The translations under genes were made by a program, and so were the position numbers. This document shows, one piece after another, positions 26,705 through 32,000 of a stretch of DNA of 32,000 nt. The notes under the pieces were generated by a model. The model was not told the origin of the DNA. It did not search any database and was given only the letters and a program-made list of their open reading frames with translations. Source of the DNA: Halogeometricum borinquense DSM 11551. Its GTDB lineage: Archaea; Halobacteriota; Halobacteria; Halobacteriales; Haloferacaceae. Location: positions 330,195 through 362,194 of the forward strand of contig NC_014735.1 in the NCBI RefSeq assembly GCF_000172995.2. Reading direction: 5' to 3'. Each line of letters starts with the position of its first letter. Positions within the stretch are counted from its first letter, which is position 1.

Positions 26705-26722
26705 CACAACCTCGGAAGATGG
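26705..26722 (+). repeat. Copy 3 of the CACAACCTYGGARGATGG motif
   Basis: CACAACCTCGGAAGATGG matches copy 2 at 17/18 positions. Confidence 0.65.
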
Positions 26723-27170
26723 GGCTATTTTCGCGTGTTTTCGGGACTTATCGTGGTTCGGCGGATCACATCGGAACTGTATCAACGATCTCTCGGTGAG
26801 GTATCATCGAATACGTGAAATCAGCCTAAAATTCGACCACACAAAAAGTGTCGCCACTCACGGTGGGCGGCCCGAATCGGCATTAAGCGTTAATCCAGCG
26901 GGATCAGTGCTGAGCAGACCAACTCGACGCACTCACAAATTATATGTAATTTCCACCGGGTTTTTATTTATAGAATGTAGTAATAAAATTTAGAGACGGA
27001 GTGTGGTTCAGACGATTGGTGTTCTTTCTATCCCAGTTCTTGCTGGATGTTTATCTAACAATTCCAGAAGTCTAAGAATCTTAATGATAAAACCATTCTG
27101 AGAGAGTAATCCAGTCCAATTAACCAGTACATTTGGCGCTCGGAGAGAGGGGTGTCATATAATCCGACAT

Positions 27171-27611
27171 TTAACTCAGGAGGCAAAATGACGATGCAGA
27201 GGACTTCTGGCCCCCGAATACGACAATGAGTTCAGGCGTAGAACTGAATAACGAAATCGTGCTACCAAATTGCATCGCGTGCGAGCCCTGCTCAACGTAG
27301 ACAGAGGCTGATTCAACGGCGACCTCTTGCCCATTTTCGTCCATCGTCTCGATGACCTCGCGTTCGGAACTATGAACCCGCTTCGGGATGAGATAGTTCA
27401 CATCAAGGGTCGAACGCGTCTGAAACACGACTTTCGAGTCAAACTCTCGGTCGCACAGCACCCTCCCGATGGGCACGCGCTCACGAGCGCGTTGAAGCTG
27501 AAGCCTGAGATCGGTGAGTACAGTACAGCAATCTGTTCCTTCACGGGGGTGCTTGCGGAGTTCAAGCGCTGTGACAAATACGTCGGTCAATCGGCGGCCA
27601 CATTGTTCCAT
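27171..27611 (-). pseudogene. Transposase fragment, ISH3-group (IS4-family)-like
   Basis: ...VLCDREFDSKVVFQTRSTLDVNYLIPKRVHSSEREVIETMDENGQEVAVESASVYVEQGSH... resembles the central DDE region of ISH3-type transposases as I remember them. There is no intact N- or C-terminus, and stops occur in all frames on both sides. Confidence 0.5.
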
Positions 27612-27759
27612 CAGTTCGCCTTATTTATACACAATCAACAGTGCTGAGGGCTCTTCCTTTGCATATCTCTCAGATTGGATGTGAAACCTACTCTCTGAGG
27701 AAACGTTTCGGCCTACCAAAACCGGAAGCACTATTAACCTTTAGGCTGGCCTAAATCGT

Positions 27760-28983
27760 ATGACAGGAGATTCCAGTCAACACGAGGCACTGACGCGCAG
27801 AGACTACATGAAGTACGGCGGGGCAGTCGTCGGCGGGGGACTACTCGCTGGCTGTTCAAGTCAGTCAAGCACTGAATCGGCACCAACCGATACAAGCGGG
27901 GCCGAACCAACCGCGAGTGCAACTGGCACCCCCGCCGAGTCGTACGAAGCCTGCATCGAGCCCGTGGGGTGTCAGACCTTCGAGGAAGTCCCAGAGACGT
28001 ACATGGTCAACAACGGTGAGTGGGCGGACATGGCCTTCGCACTGGGTCAACGCGACGGGTTCCTGACCTCGGCCTACATGATTCCCGGATTTCTCTTCGA
28101 GCCGTTCGGACTCGATGTCCCACCGCTCTCGGAGACGGAGTCGTTGTCGCAGACGAACTGGGACAAGGAGATCTTCTACGAGCAGGATCCCGACGTGATT
28201 CTGATGGACCCGAACTACATGCACAAGACTGGTTGGGACAAGTCGTGGGACAAGTCCGACACCAACGAGATCAGCGAGAACGTCGCCCCATTCTTCGGCA
28301 ACAACATCCTCCGCCGCCGCGACTGGCACGACTACAAACTCTACTCGATGTACGAGGCGTTAGAACGGCTCGCAGAGCTGTTCCAGGAGCGCGAGCGGTA
28401 CGAGGCACTCGCCGAGGTTCACGCCTCGGTACAAGACGAGATTCAATCCCGGCTCCCGCCCGCTGACGAACGGCCGGAAATCGCACTGATCAACAGCGCG
28501 TCGAACCCGAACGAAGGGACGTTTTATCCGATGCGGACACAGGACGAGGGCGTCGAGCTGAAGCCGTATCGGGACCTCGACATCCGGAGTGCGTTCACCG
28601 CAGACCACATCGAGGCAGGGACTATCGACTACGAAACACTGCTCGAAGTGGATCCAGAGATTCTCGTCGTCCACTGGGGAATCAGCACGACGGGCGATCA
28701 GGACACGTTCTCACCGAAAGCGTTCCGCGAGCAGTTCGTGACGCCGTTCGAAGAAGACCCCACCGGGAGCCAACTCACCGCTGTCCAGGAGGGCAACGTG
28801 TACCCAGGTGCGTTCGGTTCCCAGGGGCCGCTGGTGAACCTCCTTCAAACCGAACTGGTCGCCCAACAGCTGTATCCTGAGGAGTTCGGCGCGTTCGACG
28901 CCGAGACGTTCCCCGAGGTGCCCGCAGAACAGCAACTGTTCGACCGACAGCGAGTCTCGGACATCATCAACGGCGACATCTAA
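27760..28983 (+). CDS. Tat-exported lipoprotein; ABC-transporter periplasmic substrate-binding protein (iron-siderophore/cobalamin PBP type)
   Basis: A twin-arginine signal plus lipobox is present: TRRDYMKYGGAVVGGGLLAGCSS. A Ser/Thr-rich linker follows. The body resembles haloarchaeal Fe3+-siderophore/B12-type binding proteins. No adjacent permease or ATPase gene is present. Confidence 0.65.
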   Translation: MTGDSSQHEALTRRDYMKYGGAVVGGGLLAGCSSQSSTESAPTDTSGAEPTASATGTPAESYEACIEPVGCQTFEEVPETYMVNNGEWADMAFALGQRDGFLTSAYMIPGFLFEPFGLDVPPLSETESLSQTNWDKEIFYEQDPDVILMDPNYMHKTGWDKSWDKSDTNEISENVAPFFGNNILRRRDWHDYKLYSMYEALERLAELFQERERYEALAEVHASVQDEIQSRLPPADERPEIALINSASNPNEGTFYPMRTQDEGVELKPYRDLDIRSAFTADHIEAGTIDYETLLEVDPEILVVHWGISTTGDQDTFSPKAFREQFVTPFEEDPTGSQLTAVQEGNVYPGAFGSQGPLVNLLQTELVAQQLYPEEFGAFDAETFPEVPAEQQLFDRQRVSDIINGDI

Positions 28984-29416
28984 CTCGTACCTCGGCTGGT
29001 CATCGTGGGTTGACACGGCACCGAAACGTAGTGGTAATTTGAATTCCGAGCAGGGACGCGGTGAAGAATGCGATAAATGGGCCGAGATAGAACACGAGTC
29101 CAAGGGCTTGACGCTACTGAGAATTTCGTGAACTCGTCGTGAAATGTGTCGTTCATACGATTAAGCGTGCCGTGAAACACTGAAACCAACCATCGTATGG
29201 AGATTCACCAGAGTTACATTCTTCTCCAAAGTTCCGCCAATAGATAACTCCAGTATGCTACTCCGACGCCGTCCGCGAGCAATGACAACATTATAGTCAA
29301 ACATACAGAAATATGATGGTAGAGTAACACGTGTGTCTCAATGAGTTCGAATAGGACCGACCTAGCTGCGGCCGAAGAGCGATCATCAACTAATTGCGCA
29401 GTGTAGCACTGACTTA

Positions 29417-30316
29417 ATGTATCCACCCCAGACCGTTCTCCAATCGGTGTCGAGTCGGCTTCCACTGACTAGTAAACAGTTCTGGACGAAAGTACAGAGC
29501 CCTCGCTACTGGATGTATGGGCTCTTTTTGTGCGGCCTCGGCGTGGCACAGATGCTGGGAATCGGTGCGTCCCCCAACTACGATCCTGGCTCCGAACACG
29601 GATTCGTCATCATCCAAAGTAATATCGCGTACTTCGGAAGTCTCATCGCAATCTTCGCTGGATACGCCTCTGTTACGAGCGATCAAGCGAGTGGACGAAT
29701 ACGACTGCTACTGAAACTCCCGTACGCCCGCTGGAGGTACGTTTTTGAGAAGTATCTCGGCGAAGGACTCGCACTCGGTACGTTTACCGCGCTCGCAATT
29801 CTCGGCGGACTCACAGTTTCGGCGACTATCTATGGCCAGCCACCGGTTTTGACAGCAGTCACTGTCCCGCTGTTATCGATCGGCTATCTGTTCGTTTGGC
29901 TCTCGTTTGCGGTGGCCACCTCAGTGGTCGCTAAAACTGGCCGTCAGGCGATTACCGTCGTTATCTCTGTATACTTACTGCCGATGGCTTGGACGTTAGT
30001 AACGCCAGCTGTAAGCTGGCTGGTTGGAGATGATCCCGCCCTCTTTCTGTTCGTAGAGCGACTGCTTCCGATGAACGCGTACTTTGCCGCGACTAATTGG
30101 GCGATCGGTGTCCCAAACTCACATGGTCCCGCGAGAGACGTATTAACAAAGGTTCTTACCGATATTCCGCGGCCAACGACGATTATCGTATCTGAGCTTT
30201 TTGAGTCAGTTCCATGGTTTCTCTCAGGATGGGTATCGGTTCTCGTACTTGTAATATGGGGACTCGTTCCAATGCTACTGGCTTGTCGGCGGTTTGCGAC
30301 TGCCGATATCGCCTAG
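29417..30316 (+). CDS. ABC-2-type transporter permease-like membrane protein
   Basis: 299 aa with about 6 hydrophobic segments. The N-terminus (...SKQFWTKVQSPRYWMYGLFLCGL) and the motif ...DQASGRIRLLLKLPY... resemble ABC-2/NosY-like permeases. There is no cognate ATPase gene upstream. Confidence 0.5.
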   Translation: MYPPQTVLQSVSSRLPLTSKQFWTKVQSPRYWMYGLFLCGLGVAQMLGIGASPNYDPGSEHGFVIIQSNIAYFGSLIAIFAGYASVTSDQASGRIRLLLKLPYARWRYVFEKYLGEGLALGTFTALAILGGLTVSATIYGQPPVLTAVTVPLLSIGYLFVWLSFAVATSVVAKTGRQAITVVISVYLLPMAWTLVTPAVSWLVGDDPALFLFVERLLPMNAYFAATNWAIGVPNSHGPARDVLTKVLTDIPRPTTIIVSELFESVPWFLSGWVSVLVLVIWGLVPMLLACRRFATADIA

Positions 30317-30615
30317 TTCGACTCAACTTGCGGGATGGCCTTCTGTGTCTCAAGGTACGCTCGCATATTGGAATATCAACATGTAGTATGATCGCGGGCG
30401 TGCGAGATTCCACATCTGGTGGCAACAATTAGTGAATCATCTCAGAGACAAGTCAAGGGAAATCTAAGCGGTCCCGTATCCAGCACATCGCTCCGCGATG
30501 TGCGAGACCCCGAGGCACTCACCTTATTTTCTGTAGATGGAGTCTTGAAGCCGAGATACGTATCGAAATCGTGTTCCTAGCAGTCGGTCAAACTCATAGA
30601 TTTACTCACTAATAG

Positions 30616-31806
30616 CTAGTTCGATACCCGGAGAAGGTGGGAATTGCTAACAAAGTAGAGTTCTTCCCCACGAATCGAGGGGACACCACCAGATACTGGT
30701 TCGGTATCAAGCGGGAGCGACCACTGGATATCTCCGGTTTCAACATCAAACGCGTATAACGTCTCGTCACCCAGCGAGAACCGTGTATCGTCGGCGACAA
30801 CTGGTGGCCGTTGTCGGAGATCAGCTTCGAGTTGTTTTATATACTTCTTGCTGCCGTCAACCGCGTCGAACGCCGCAACGACGCCATCCGCAGATTGCAC
30901 GTGGAGCGTTCCGTCGCTAATAGCGGTGTAATGGCTCCCACGTTCCGACAGTGGGATAGATGCTTGCCACTGTGAGGCTCCATCGTCCAACGAAAGCGCG
31001 TATAGATCCTCCCCTTTTGCGGAGTAGTACAGATGATTGTCGCCGACTGCGAGCGGAGCGGAACTCTCCGGGAGATCGGCCTGCCGCCACACCTCCTCAC
31101 CGGATTTCGGATCAAAGGCGGCGGCACCTGTCTCGGTTGCTGTATATGCGGTGCCGTCGCGGGTGACAGGTGGGACTAGGGAATCATCGACGCCGTACTG
31201 CCAACGTTTCTCACCAGTTGCAGGGTCGCGGCCGTTAACAGTACTTGTGGTGTAATCAAGGAGAGTTCCCTCAGCGAGTATGGGTGCGTTCTCTGCACCA
31301 CCGGAGCCACCGTCGTCTGCTCGCCAGCAGAGTTTACCGTTCCGTACATCGTAGGCGGCAACGAATTCGGCTGTTGAGACGAAGACTGCGTTTCCGGCAA
31401 TCGTCGGCGTCGATTTCCCTAATTTGTAGTCAACTGTCCACGACCCGCTTGAAGAGTCGAGCGTGAAAGATCGATACTCGCCATCTTCGCTACTCCCGCC
31501 GCTGTAACCGACGATACCACGACCATCGATGAGTGTGACCGCCGTTCCGAATGCCGCGTTATCGAGTTCGACGACACGCGAGAGTGTTGCGTCACTCGAC
31601 GGACCGCTATCTGTTGTAAAGCCCGTGTTCGCGAAGTCGTGTTGATAGGTTGGCCATGCTCCGGTAACGTCACCGAAAGGGGCATCCTGATTGTACACAC
31701 GGTGACTTCCATCGATGATGTCACCGATACATCCTGTGAGGGAGGTCAGTGTAGCCGCTCCGGTCGCTGCAAGGACTTTGCGTCGGGTCTGTTTTCGCGG
31801 GGACAT
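30616..31806 (-). CDS. Tat-exported lipoprotein with PQQ-like beta-propeller repeats
   Basis: The signal is MSPRKQTRRKVLAATGAATLTSLTGC (RR motif plus lipobox Cys). The body has repeated ...G(T/N)(L/V)Y...(D/G)G...(L/V)(Y/A)A(L/F)D..(T/S)G...W units typical of PQQ-like/BamB-like propellers, which are common in haloarchaea. Confidence 0.75.
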   Translation of the reverse strand: MSPRKQTRRKVLAATGAATLTSLTGCIGDIIDGSHRVYNQDAPFGDVTGAWPTYQHDFANTGFTTDSGPSSDATLSRVVELDNAAFGTAVTLIDGRGIVGYSGGSSEDGEYRSFTLDSSSGSWTVDYKLGKSTPTIAGNAVFVSTAEFVAAYDVRNGKLCWRADDGGSGGAENAPILAEGTLLDYTTSTVNGRDPATGEKRWQYGVDDSLVPPVTRDGTAYTATETGAAAFDPKSGEEVWRQADLPESSAPLAVGDNHLYYSAKGEDLYALSLDDGASQWQASIPLSERGSHYTAISDGTLHVQSADGVVAAFDAVDGSKKYIKQLEADLRQRPPVVADDTRFSLGDETLYAFDVETGDIQWSLPLDTEPVSGGVPSIRGEELYFVSNSHLLRVSN

Positions 31807-32000
31807 GTTCCAGAACTACATGTGAAATGACAAATGCCCTTTGATCTTGCTACATGTTGAGTCCAGCGGGTTGCTTTGGTGAGGTGTTTGTGAGCGTCTC
31901 GTTTGGCTTGTAATAGAGCCTCTTGACGTTCTGTAGTGCCATCCAGAGTCACAGATGATGGATACTCACGTGTCCATCCCGCGGCACTATTCCTGTATCG

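Noticed and set aside
28984-29465. Minus-strand ORFs 28980-29189 and 29214-29465 in the spacer before the ABC-2-like permease
   Set aside because: They are short, overlap neighbouring genes, show no motifs and have atypical composition. They are treated as part of a degenerate spacer.
31746-32000. Minus-strand ORF 31746-31952, and open frames running to the window end
   Set aside because: The 68-aa ORF overlaps the start of the PQQ-propeller gene and is Cys/His/Arg-rich. Another frame ends at about 31949 after only 17 codons within the window, which is too little sequence to call a gene.
1-32000. Window-wide search for CRISPR arrays, rRNA genes and tRNA genes
   Set aside because: I saw no regularly spaced 25-40 nt repeats, no rRNA-like conserved blocks and no cloverleaf-compatible sequences. 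The only iterated repeats are the short ones reported at about 14.05-14.17 kb and 24.9-26.7 kb.

Overview
This window looks like a haloarchaeal (class Halobacteria) segment: GC-rich, with a very acidic proteome and TATA boxes placed about 27 nt upstream of start codons (leaderless style). The left end carries the classical divergent gas-vesicle locus, with gvpD (partial, minus strand) facing gvpA-gvpC-gvpN-gvpO. The shared PD/PA promoter and a GvpE-type UAS are recognisable, and gvpC is split by a 1-nt frameshift at a G5 run. Next come fhs, a membrane histidine kinase, a convergent REC-3xPAS protein, and a large Cys-type formate dehydrogenase alpha subunit with fused Fe-S domains. These are followed by two small convergent proteins (one a zinc ribbon), cysE, a P-type cation ATPase with a repeat-laden leader, and a DUF211-VIT operon. 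A tyrosine integrase sits next to a biotin cluster bioB-X-bioF-bioD that lacks bioA; X is a Rossmann-fold protein and a candidate BioU-like substitute. A CPBP protease follows. From about 24.5 to 27.75 kb the sequence becomes gene-poor and visibly AT-rich. This stretch holds insertion-sequence debris: a 540-bp internally deleted IS6-type element with perfect 16-bp inverted repeats, and an ISH3-like transposase fragment. It also holds two small 2-TM ORFs and a thrice-repeated 18-19 nt motif. The right end has an orphan Tat-lipoprotein substrate-binding protein, an orphan ABC-2-like permease and a PQQ-like beta-propeller lipoprotein. I found no rRNA, tRNA or CRISPR array. I did not find an unmistakable new multi-gene system. 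The best leads are the bioA-less biotin cluster, the gvpC frameshift, the repeat motifs in the AT-rich zone and the repeat-rich ATPase leader. All homology statements come from reading the translations and from memory of the families, not from database searches.
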